Source: an uncultured Solibacteraceae bacterium
GTDB lineage: Bacteria > Acidobacteriota > Terriglobia > 20CM-2-55-15
Assembly (NCBI GenBank): GCA_964584785.1
Contig: CAZPBY010000045.1
Coordinates: 2,024 to 66,023, forward strand
Length of the DNA: 64,000 nt
Reading direction: 5' to 3'
The notes beneath the pieces are model-generated. The model was not told where the DNA came from and searched no databases. It saw nothing but the letters and a program-made list of their open reading frames with translations. A program made the position numbers and the translations under genes. Below are positions 52,888 to 61,872 of the stretch, in pieces. Numbering within the stretch: the first letter of the stretch is position 1; each line of letters opens with the position of its first letter.

Positions 52888-55446
52888 ATGAAATTGAAAT
52901 CCGCGGCGGGTATTGTCTGGATCGCAGCGCTGCTGAACGGCGCGTATTTGCTCGCGTTCGGCGATCCGACGCTGGCGTATTTCCTCAGCATCATTCTTCA
53001 CCTTGTCCTCGGAGTTCTGCTCGTCATTCTTGTAGCCTTTGCCTGGCGGAACGCCGGAGCGTTGCTGCTCGTTGCCATCGGTCTCGCGGCCGGAGTCGGG
53101 GTTGCGTTATTCATCGTTGGCGGAACCAGCAATCACTCAACGACCCTTTGGGCCCACGTTGCGGCCGCGTTTCTTGCGACGGTCATTCTGGGCGCGAAGC
53201 AGGATTCGAGGCGCGTCGTTGTTCCGGTCATGGCGGTGATCATGGCGCTGCCGTTCCTGCCTTTTAGCGACAACCGTTCCATCATTGCGAATCCGTCCGT
53301 GCCGCCGGACAGCATGGATGGCGAAGGCGGCGGGAAGAACGGCCTCTTCTTTCCCTCTTCCATCGAAACCACGAGCGGCAGCCACGTTCGGGCGGACTTC
53401 ATCATGGATTCAAAAGCGTGCGCGGCGTGCCATGCGGAGATTTACGCGGAGTGGCAGGCGTCGATGCATCATCTGTCGTCCTTCAATAATCCGTTCTACC
53501 GGAAGTCGATTGAATACATGCAGCCGATCACCGGTGTTCCATCCACGAAATGGTGCGCAGGCTGTCATGATCCTGCGGTTCTTCTGAATGGAATGATGGA
53601 CCGCCCGGTCAACGAAATCGCCGACACGCCCGAAGGTCAATCCGGCATGGGCTGCCTTTCCTGCCATGCGATCGCAAGGGTCAAAAGCACCATGGGCAAC
53701 GCGGACTTCGTGATCGACGAATCGAAGTGGCCGCGTCTGTTCAGCTTCCTCACGCGAATCAATTCGAAGCCGCATCGCCGGGCGTTCCTGAAAAGTTTTC
53801 ATACGGAACAACCGGCCGAATTCTGTTCGGCCTGTCACAAAGTGCATCTGGATGTTCCCGTGAACAGCTACCGGTGGATTCGCGGATTCGACGAATACGA
53901 CAACTGGCAGGGCAGTGGCGTCTCCGGACAGGGCGCGCGGTCCTTCTATTATCCGCAGGTTTCGCAGACCTGCGTCGGCTGTCACATGCCGATCATGCCG
54001 GCCAGGGATCCCGCTGCGCGTGACGGCAAGATCCGGTCGCACTTTTTCCCGGGGGCAAACACCGCCGTACCTGTTGCCATTCATGATCGCGAACATCTCG
54101 AGATCAATGAGCGCTTTCTCAAGGCGAACAAAATGCGCGTCGACATCTTCGCCGCATCGACCGTAACTCAGGTCGCTGCGAATCAGCCGTCACAGCCGGC
54201 AGCTTCAACGATGTTCGCAACAGGCGAAGAGTCGGACGAAAAGCTACCGCGTTACGATTCTGCCGCGGCCGCGCCTGTCATCGCTCCGTTGAACAAGACC
54301 AGGCGGCTCTTCAAACCCGGTGACGACGTGCGCATCGACGTTGTGGTGCGAACGTTGGCGCTTGGACACTTTTTCCCCGCCGGAACCGTTGACGCATTCG
54401 ACACGTGGCTCGAACTGCGTGCCACCGACGATGCCGGCCGCGTCGTTTTCTGGAGCGGCCGCGCGGCGGACGACGGCCGCGGACCCGTGGATCCGGCGGC
54501 GCATTTTTACCGCTCTTTGCAGATCGATGGCGAAGGCAATCCCATCAACAAACGGAACGCATGGGCGTCGCGTGCCGTCGTCTACGTGAATCTCATTCCG
54601 CCGGGCGCTGCGGATGTGGCGCACTACCTTTTACGCATTCCAAAGAACGCGACCGGAATGATTCATCTCGAAGCGAAGCTCAACTACCGCAAGTTCACCT
54701 GGTTTTATTCGCACTTTGCGTTCGAGGGCAAACCGGAGACGCCGGATATCCCTATCGTCACGCTTGCTTCCGCCGTAACGGACATCTGTGTCGGGCCGGT
54801 TACCGCGGCCACGGACACGACCATCACGGAAATCGACGGCGAACGCTGGAACGATTACGGTATCGCGCTGCTGCGCCAGGGCGATCTCTCGGGCGCTCTT
54901 TACGCGTTCGAGCAGGTCACGAAGATCAAGCCTCAATACCCGGACGGTTTCGTCAACGTGGCGCGCGTGCTGGTGGAAGAAGGTGAAACCGCCGAGGCCA
55001 TCAAGTGGACCGACAGAGCCATACAACTCGATCCGAAGATCGGCCGAGCCCACTTCTTCCGCGGTCTGGCGCTCAAGGCAGACGGTGATTATGATGGCGC
55101 GCTTCGAGAGTTTCAGGCCGTCGAGGCGCAGTTTCCGAAAGATCGCGTGAATCTGAATCAGATCGGCAGGATTTATTTTCTCAAACGTGATTACAACGCG
55201 GCGATTGGGTGGTTCAAGCGAACGTTAACGATTGATCCTGAAGACGTGTCGGCTCACTACAACCTGATGTTGAGCTATCGCGGCTTGAATGATCTGCCGC
55301 GCAGCGCGGCCGAAGAGAAGTTGTATCTGCGCTTCAAAGCCGATGAATCCGCGCAGACCATGACGGGCCAATACCGGCTGGATCACCCCATCGATAACAA
55401 CGAGCGGCAACCGATTCATTTGCACGAAGGGGCGGTTGCTCCATGA
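52888..55446 (+). CDS. Membrane-anchored multihaem cytochrome c (5 CxxCH, c554-like) fused to C-terminal TPRs
   Basis: Several N-terminal TM helices; CAACH, CAGCH, CLSCH, CSACH, CVGCH; TPRs (WNDYGIALLRQGDLSGAL...). Confidence 0.85.
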   Translation: MKLKSAAGIVWIAALLNGAYLLAFGDPTLAYFLSIILHLVLGVLLVILVAFAWRNAGALLLVAIGLAAGVGVALFIVGGTSNHSTTLWAHVAAAFLATVILGAKQDSRRVVVPVMAVIMALPFLPFSDNRSIIANPSVPPDSMDGEGGGKNGLFFPSSIETTSGSHVRADFIMDSKACAACHAEIYAEWQASMHHLSSFNNPFYRKSIEYMQPITGVPSTKWCAGCHDPAVLLNGMMDRPVNEIADTPEGQSGMGCLSCHAIARVKSTMGNADFVIDESKWPRLFSFLTRINSKPHRRAFLKSFHTEQPAEFCSACHKVHLDVPVNSYRWIRGFDEYDNWQGSGVSGQGARSFYYPQVSQTCVGCHMPIMPARDPAARDGKIRSHFFPGANTAVPVAIHDREHLEINERFLKANKMRVDIFAASTVTQVAANQPSQPAASTMFATGEESDEKLPRYDSAAAAPVIAPLNKTRRLFKPGDDVRIDVVVRTLALGHFFPAGTVDAFDTWLELRATDDAGRVVFWSGRAADDGRGPVDPAAHFYRSLQIDGEGNPINKRNAWASRAVVYVNLIPPGAADVAHYLLRIPKNATGMIHLEAKLNYRKFTWFYSHFAFEGKPETPDIPIVTLASAVTDICVGPVTAATDTTITEIDGERWNDYGIALLRQGDLSGALYAFEQVTKIKPQYPDGFVNVARVLVEEGETAEAIKWTDRAIQLDPKIGRAHFFRGLALKADGDYDGALREFQAVEAQFPKDRVNLNQIGRIYFLKRDYNAAIGWFKRTLTIDPEDVSAHYNLMLSYRGLNDLPRSAAEEKLYLRFKADESAQTMTGQYRLDHPIDNNERQPIHLHEGAVAP

Positions 55447-57155
55447 TTCGTTGTGGCGTCACGAAGCCCGTCGCTGCGCTCCGGGTTCTGTTAGCTATCG
55501 CCGTCGTGTGCGGAACCCGGAGCGCAGCGACGGGCTTCGTGACGCCACAGATTCAATTCGTCGACATCACTCAAAAGGCCGGGATTCAGTTCACACACAA
55601 CAACGGCGCAACGGGGAAGAAGTATCTCCCGGAGACGCTCGGAGCGGGGGCCGCCTTCCTCGATTTCAACAACGACGGTTTGCAGGACATTCTGCTCATC
55701 AACGGCAAAGACTGGGGTCCTTCGCCGCAGAAGCGGACGACTTCAAAGCTGTATCAGAATAACGGCGACCGCACGTTCACCGAGGTCACAGCCAAATCCG
55801 GACTCGATCTGCCCGTGTACGGCATGGGCGTCGCTGTTGCGGACTACGACAACGACGGAAATGTGGACGTTTACATCACGGCGATCGACGGCGATCACCT
55901 CTTCCACAACGAAGGGAAAGGAAAGTTCAAAGATGTGACAACGGCGGCGGGAATCTCCAACGCCAGCTTCGGCACCAGCGCGGCGTGGTTCGATTACGAC
56001 GGCGATGGAAAAGTGGATCTGTTCGTCGCGAATTATGTTCAATGGACACCGGAAACCGACATCCGCTGTTCTCTGGATGGCCGAACGAAATCGTACTGCA
56101 CGCCGGAATCGTACAAGGGCGTCTCGTCAAAGCTGTATCGCAACAAGGGCAACGGCACTTTCGAAGATACGACTCGAGCCGCCGGCCTTTATGAGCCGGC
56201 GTCCAAGAGTCTTGGCGTGACCATTGTCGACATCGACGGCGACGGCTGGCCCGACATCCTCGTTGCGAACGACACGCAGCCCAACAAGCTGTACCGCAAT
56301 CAGAAGAACGGCACGTTTCGCGAAGAAGGCGTGCGATCGGGCGTTGCGTTCAGTGAAGAAGGCCTGGCCAGAGGCGCGATGGGCGTGGACTGGTCGGATT
56401 ACGATGCATCCGGCGCGCCGAGCATTGCGATCGGAAACTTCACCGGCCAGATGCTCGGCCTCTACCACAACGAAGGCAACGGCCTGTTCGTCGACGAGGC
56501 GCCGCGTTCTTCAATCGGGCGAGCCACCTTGCTGAGTCTCGCGTTTGGTTTGTTCTTCTTTGATTACGACCTGGATGGAAAGCCGGATCTTTTCGTCGTC
56601 AACGGACACATTGAGGATCAGATCGAAAAGATCCAGCCTCGCGTGAAGTACCGTCAGCCGCCGCACCTTTTTCACAACTCCGGCAATCACCGGTTTGAGG
56701 ACATGGCCGCGCAGGTTGGTCCGGGACTCGAACGTCCGATCGTCGGCCGGGGCGCCGCTTACGGCGACATTGATAATGATGGAGCGCTGGATATCCTGCT
56801 CACCACGAACGGCGGGCCGGCTTATCTGTACCGCAATCAGAATGCGACTTCGAATCACGTGCTGAAAGTGAGGACTGTCGGAACCAAAGCGAATCGCGAT
56901 GGCATCGGGGCGCGAGTCCGTGTTCATACCAGGGACGGCTGGCAGTGGCAGGTGGTGAAGAGCGGCTCGAGCTATTGTTCGCAGAGCGAACTGCCGCTGA
57001 CGTTTGGTCTGGGCGCGGCGATCGCCGCCGACACCGTGGAAATCTATTGGCCGAATGGCGGCAAGGAAACATTCAGCAGCGTCCTCGCGGATCAGTTCAT
57101 CACGTTGAAGGAAGGCCTGGGCGTCACCGCCCAGAGGCCGCTCATGATCAGGTAG
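55443..57155 (+). CDS. CRTAC1-family protein (ASPIC/UnbV)
   Basis: ATGA overlap with the upstream gene; FVDITQKAGIQF; DYDNDG repeats; ANRDGIGARV; SGSSYCSQSELPLTFGLG. Confidence 0.9.
   Translation: MIRCGVTKPVAALRVLLAIAVVCGTRSAATGFVTPQIQFVDITQKAGIQFTHNNGATGKKYLPETLGAGAAFLDFNNDGLQDILLINGKDWGPSPQKRTTSKLYQNNGDRTFTEVTAKSGLDLPVYGMGVAVADYDNDGNVDVYITAIDGDHLFHNEGKGKFKDVTTAAGISNASFGTSAAWFDYDGDGKVDLFVANYVQWTPETDIRCSLDGRTKSYCTPESYKGVSSKLYRNKGNGTFEDTTRAAGLYEPASKSLGVTIVDIDGDGWPDILVANDTQPNKLYRNQKNGTFREEGVRSGVAFSEEGLARGAMGVDWSDYDASGAPSIAIGNFTGQMLGLYHNEGNGLFVDEAPRSSIGRATLLSLAFGLFFFDYDLDGKPDLFVVNGHIEDQIEKIQPRVKYRQPPHLFHNSGNHRFEDMAAQVGPGLERPIVGRGAAYGDIDNDGALDILLTTNGGPAYLYRNQNATSNHVLKVRTVGTKANRDGIGARVRVHTRDGWQWQVVKSGSSYCSQSELPLTFGLGAAIAADTVEIYWPNGGKETFSSVLADQFITLKEGLGVTAQRPLMIR
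55452..55549. repeat. REP-like palindrome, copy 3: perfect 37-bp arms inside the signal-peptide coding region
   Basis: 55452-55488 TGTGGCGTCACGAAGCCCGTCGCTGCGCTCCGGGTTC is the exact reverse complement of 55513-55549. Confidence 0.95.
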
Positions 57156-57160
57156 GTTCG

Positions 57161-60100
57161 GTGAAATTGACGACCTTCATTATCAGTGCCGTTGTTGCCG
57201 CCGTTGTTTTCACCGGCGCGCAGACTCGAACCGCGACCTCGCCTGCTACCCACAACAACCGCGGCGTGGCTCTGATGACGCAGCAGAACTTTGAAACAGC
57301 GCTCACGGAGTTCAAAGCCGCGGGCAACTTATTGAATCAGGGGATCGCGCTGTTCGCTTCAGGCAAGCTGGATGATGCGGAAAAAGTGCTTCAGCAAGTG
57401 GCGTCGAAAGATCAGGACAATTCGAGAGCGCATTACAACCTGGCGCTCGTTTATCGGTCGCAGGGCAAACTCGACGATGCTCTTCGTCAATTCGAGGAAG
57501 TCCGCCGGATGGACCCCAACGATGCGCACGCCTGCTACTTCCTCGCGACGATTCAACTTCAGCGCGCCGACTACACTACTGCAGCCGAAAATTTCCTGAA
57601 AACGATCGATCTCGATCCGGCGTTCACGTCCGCCTACTTCGGCGCAAGCCGCGCGTACACGGCGCTGCAACAACCTGATCGCGCGCGGATCTATCAGGAT
57701 CGTTTTCAGGCGATGACTCAAGGATCCGGACTGAACGCGACGGTCGGGAATCAGTACGGCGAGCAGGGACCTTACGCGCTGGCCGAGGAATCGGATGTTC
57801 TGTCGAGCGCTCCATCGACGAACATCACCGTTCGATTCGCGTTTGCCAACGCCGCTTATGCGATCAAAGCCGAAGGCGGAGCAGCGTGCCTCCTGGACTT
57901 CGATCATGACGGCTTGATGGATCTTTTCATCGGCGACTCGATTTACAGGAACCGCGGGCGCCTGAATCCGCAATACCAAAAGACGGCAACACTTCAGAAA
58001 GCCCTCGGCTGCGCGGTCGGCGACTATGACAACGACGACTATCCGGATCTGTTCATCACCACGACGTCCGGCAGTGTGCTGTACCACAACAACAAAGGAC
58101 AATTCGTTCCGCTGACGAACGGTCCGACAGAAGCCGCAAGCGCCGCCGCGTTCGTCGATCTCGATCATGACGGATGGCTGGACCTGGTTGCCGGCGACGT
58201 CGCATTCCGTAACAAAGCGGATGGCACATTTTCGCGAGTCTCTTTGCCGCCTTCGCCGGCGCCCCTATCGACAATCATTCCGACCGATCACGACAATGAC
58301 CGCGACATTGACCTTTTCATTGCCGGGCCTGGTGCGCCGCCTGCCATTCTCTCGAACAATCGCGACGGCACGTTCACGCGTAAGGAGATTGCAAACGGCG
58401 CCGCCAACGGCGCCACGTGCGCGGTCGTGTTCGATTTCAACAAAGACGGTTGGATGGACGTTTTTCTGTGCCGGCCCGGACAGCCGCCGCTTCTGCTTCG
58501 AAACTCCGAAACACAACGTTTCACAGCCGTGGATTTGCCGTCGCTGCAAAACGTCCGGGCCTACCGCGACGCAGCCGTGATCGACTTCGATAACGATGGC
58601 TTCATGGATCTGATTTACCTCGTCTGGGACGGATCGTCCTACACCCTGCGCCTTCTGCGAAACATGGGTTCGGAGCGATTCGAGGATGTAACGGAGCGCA
58701 CCGGACTGAATCGCATTTTTTTGCAAGATGCCGCGAAGATGCTGGTCCTGGACATCGACGACGACGGCGACAGCGACGTTCTGATTACCCAAAACGTCGG
58801 CGCCCCGGTCGTCCTGCAAAACGACGGCGGTAATCGGAACGGATTTCTGAAACTCACGCTGCGCGGCTTCAAGGACAACAAGCTTGCGATCGGAACGAAG
58901 GTGGAGATCCACGGTGACGGGATTCGGCAAAAAATCGAGATTGCGACCGCGGGTCCCGTGCTATTCGGAACCGGAAAGTCACCAGCCGACTTTGTGCGTA
59001 TGCTCTGGCCCACCGGTGTTGTGCAGGACGAGATTCCGGGGCCCCGCGTTCGTGTGAGTTATACCGAACTCGATCGTAAAGGCAGTTCGTGTCCGACGCT
59101 TTATACATGGGACGGCAAACAATATCGATTCATCACGGACGTCATTGGGCCCGGTGTGATCGGCGAATGGGAGTCGCCGGGACACTGGAATGCTTCCGAC
59201 ACCGACGAATATGCGCGCCTCGATCCCGGTGCTCTTGCTGTTGTCGACGGACAGTATCGGTTGAAGGTTTTGTCGCAGATGGAAGAGGTCACGTATCTGG
59301 ACGCGCTGCAATTGATCGCCGTCGATACACCGGCCTCCGTCGATGTTTACCCTAACGATCGCTATCAACCTGTTCCGCCATATCCCGAATTCAAACTGTG
59401 GCAGGTCCGCGATGCGCATTCGCCGGCGTCGGTGAGAGACGGCGATGGCCGTGACCTTTCCAAAGAAGTCGCGGCGATCGATGGCGTTTACGCGCCGGTT
59501 CCGAAGATTCCGAACTATCCCGGATTTGCCCGGCTGCACTCGATCGTCATCGATTTGGGCGACATCTCACCCTCGGGAAATGCTCAGCTCATCCTTCGCG
59601 GCTTCACCGAGTATTTCGACAGCACCACGGCACATTCGGCGTATTACTCCGGCATCGAACCGGTTGCTCCGTATCTCGAAGTCGCCGATGGAAAGGGTGG
59701 ATGGATCCGAAAGAGCGATTCCATCGGATTGCCTGCGGGTCTTCCGAAAACAATTGTCGTGGATCTAACCGGAATGTTTTCGAGCACGGATCATCGAGTG
59801 CGGGTAACCGACAGCATGGAGATTTACTGGGATCAAATCCTGGTGAATACGCACGAGGCGGGTAGTGACATTCGTACAACTCGACTCGCAGCCGCACGCG
59901 CCACGTTGGGTTTTGCGGGTTATCCGCTGGAGTTGAGCAAACGGCCGGAGGATTACGACTACGCGCGCAAAGCGTCGCGTGATGCGTTTCAGTTTCATCG
60001 TGGTAATTACACGCGGTACGGCGATGTCACGCCGCTGATGAAAGGCGCGGACGATATGTTTGCCGTCATGGCGTCAGGCGATGAAGTGACGGCCGAGTTC

Positions 60101-60364
60101 GACGCCGGCCAGCTGCCGCCTCTTCCAGACGGGTGGCACCGAACGTTTCTTGTGTACGCGGACGGCTTCGAAAAAGCGATGGAAACCTACACACCGTTTC
60201 CGGAGACCGTCGATCCGCTGCCGTTCCACGCGATGAGCCGATTCCCATACCCCGCCTCCGAACACTACCCTGACGACCCCGAACACGTCCGGTATCAACT
60301 CGAATTCAACACTCGGCACATTAAGTCGATCGCTCCGGCCCGCGCGCAATACCGCCGGCCGTAG
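57161..60364 (+). CDS. TPR + FG-GAP-like propeller + ASPIC-like + unknown C-terminal domain fusion protein (~1067 aa)
   Basis: GTG 57161 gives a signal peptide; TPRs; DFDHDG/DYDNDD/DFNKDG repeats; NKLAIGTKVE; C-terminal SSCPTLYTWDG...PLPFHAMSRFPYP. Confidence 0.85.
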   Translation: MKLTTFIISAVVAAVVFTGAQTRTATSPATHNNRGVALMTQQNFETALTEFKAAGNLLNQGIALFASGKLDDAEKVLQQVASKDQDNSRAHYNLALVYRSQGKLDDALRQFEEVRRMDPNDAHACYFLATIQLQRADYTTAAENFLKTIDLDPAFTSAYFGASRAYTALQQPDRARIYQDRFQAMTQGSGLNATVGNQYGEQGPYALAEESDVLSSAPSTNITVRFAFANAAYAIKAEGGAACLLDFDHDGLMDLFIGDSIYRNRGRLNPQYQKTATLQKALGCAVGDYDNDDYPDLFITTTSGSVLYHNNKGQFVPLTNGPTEAASAAAFVDLDHDGWLDLVAGDVAFRNKADGTFSRVSLPPSPAPLSTIIPTDHDNDRDIDLFIAGPGAPPAILSNNRDGTFTRKEIANGAANGATCAVVFDFNKDGWMDVFLCRPGQPPLLLRNSETQRFTAVDLPSLQNVRAYRDAAVIDFDNDGFMDLIYLVWDGSSYTLRLLRNMGSERFEDVTERTGLNRIFLQDAAKMLVLDIDDDGDSDVLITQNVGAPVVLQNDGGNRNGFLKLTLRGFKDNKLAIGTKVEIHGDGIRQKIEIATAGPVLFGTGKSPADFVRMLWPTGVVQDEIPGPRVRVSYTELDRKGSSCPTLYTWDGKQYRFITDVIGPGVIGEWESPGHWNASDTDEYARLDPGALAVVDGQYRLKVLSQMEEVTYLDALQLIAVDTPASVDVYPNDRYQPVPPYPEFKLWQVRDAHSPASVRDGDGRDLSKEVAAIDGVYAPVPKIPNYPGFARLHSIVIDLGDISPSGNAQLILRGFTEYFDSTTAHSAYYSGIEPVAPYLEVADGKGGWIRKSDSIGLPAGLPKTIVVDLTGMFSSTDHRVRVTDSMEIYWDQILVNTHEAGSDIRTTRLAAARATLGFAGYPLELSKRPEDYDYARKASRDAFQFHRGNYTRYGDVTPLMKGADDMFAVMASGDEVTAEFDAGQLPPLPDGWHRTFLVYADGFEKAMETYTPFPETVDPLPFHAMSRFPYPASEHYPDDPEHVRYQLEFNTRHIKSIAPARAQYRRP

Positions 60365-60398
60365 CAAACACCTGCGCGTAGCGCAGGGTATTTGCTAC
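60361..60398. terminator. Stem-loop at the end of the operon, overlapping the next promoter
   Basis: GTAGCAAA-CA-CCTGCGC-GTA-GCGCAGG-GTA-TTTGCTAC. Confidence 0.5.
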
Positions 60399-60409
60399 AG
60401 TCCTCAGGC

Positions 60410-61798
60410 ATGAACGAACTCGTGTTCCTGTCCGCGACGAAGATGGCGGAGCTCATTCGGCAAAAGGAGATTTCTTCCGAGGAACTGGTGCGCGCCCATC
60501 TCGAACGTATTGAGACCGTGAATCCAAAGATCAATGCGGTTGTCCATCTCATCGCAGGGCGAGCACTTGCTGAGGCGAAAGAGCGGGACGCTGAAATTTC
60601 GCGTGGCTTACAGGGACGCCCATTGCAGGGCGTACCCATGACCGTTAAGGATTCGCTGGAAACCGCCGGTGTGGTGACAACCAGCGGGACGTTGGGACGC
60701 GCCAATCACATCCCGGATCGAGACGCGAGCACGGTTGCGCTTCTTCGCAACGCGGGAGCCGTCCTTCTCGGCAAGACGAACGTTCCAGAGCTGTGCCTCG
60801 CCTTCGAGTCGGACAATCTGCTTCACGGCCGCACGAACAACCCATACGATCCGACGAAAACGTCTGGCGGCAGCAGCGGCGGAGAAGCGGCCATCATCGC
60901 GGCGGGCGGTTCACCCATGGGACTCGGGAGCGACGCCGGCGGCAGTGTGCGTCTTCCCGCGCATTTCTGCGGGATCGCCACGATCAAGCCGACGTCCGGA
61001 AGACTTCCAAAAACCGGCCACTATCTTCCACCAGGCGGCATAGCCGATCGTCTGTGGCAGGTCGGTCCGATGGCGCGATTGGTGGACGATCTCAAGCTTC
61101 TGTTACCTCTCCTTGCGCAGCCCGACGGCATTGACGCCTCCGTAGTCCCGATGCCTTTACGCAGTCCGGATCTCGTCGCGCTTAGTTCCCTGCGAGTCGC
61201 CTTCTACACGGATAACGGTGTGTCCCCAGCGACTAAGGAAACGGCGGAAACGGTGCGGCGTGCAGCATCCGCAGTAGCGGACGCCGGCGCTGTGGTCGAA
61301 GAAGCAAGGCCTGATGGCGTGGATGTCTCCTCCCGAATGTGGTGCGACATTATCGCTCCGGACGGCGGTGCCGGTCTTCTTGCGCTCCTGGCCGACATCG
61401 GCACGACGCAGTTTCATCCATTGCTGGAGCAGTTCATGGACATCGTGAGCGAGCGGGCCCGGACAACAACGGAGCTTCTGGAACTGGCCGGCGAATGGGA
61501 CGCGGTGCGAACGAGGATGCTCGGTTTTCTTTCGAAGTACGATGCGATTGTCTGCCCCGTCGCCGCATCACCCGCCATTCCGCATGGACTTTCCTACGAG
61601 CAGCTCGACATCTTCACGTACACGATCGCTTTCAACTTCAGCGGCTGGCCTGCGGCGACCGTTCGTTGCGGGACATCGCCCGAAGGTTTGCCGATCGGCG
61701 TGCAGATTGTTGCCCACCCGTGGCGCGAGGACGTCGCGCTGGCTCTGGCGCGACATCTGGAGCGTTCGTTCGGAGGCTGGATTCCACCCCGGTTGTGA
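60410..61798 (+). CDS. Amidase-signature amidase
   Basis: MTVKDS, GKTNVPE, GGSSGGE, GSDAGGSVRLPA. Confidence 0.92.
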   Translation: MNELVFLSATKMAELIRQKEISSEELVRAHLERIETVNPKINAVVHLIAGRALAEAKERDAEISRGLQGRPLQGVPMTVKDSLETAGVVTTSGTLGRANHIPDRDASTVALLRNAGAVLLGKTNVPELCLAFESDNLLHGRTNNPYDPTKTSGGSSGGEAAIIAAGGSPMGLGSDAGGSVRLPAHFCGIATIKPTSGRLPKTGHYLPPGGIADRLWQVGPMARLVDDLKLLLPLLAQPDGIDASVVPMPLRSPDLVALSSLRVAFYTDNGVSPATKETAETVRRAASAVADAGAVVEEARPDGVDVSSRMWCDIIAPDGGAGLLALLADIGTTQFHPLLEQFMDIVSERARTTTELLELAGEWDAVRTRMLGFLSKYDAIVCPVAASPAIPHGLSYEQLDIFTYTIAFNFSGWPAATVRCGTSPEGLPIGVQIVAHPWREDVALALARHLERSFGGWIPPRL

Positions 61799-61872
61799 TA
61801 AATTGAAGCCCCCCTGTGAACGAAGACAAAGACAACGACGACTCGTAAACCGCACGACAATTTGAGGTGCAT

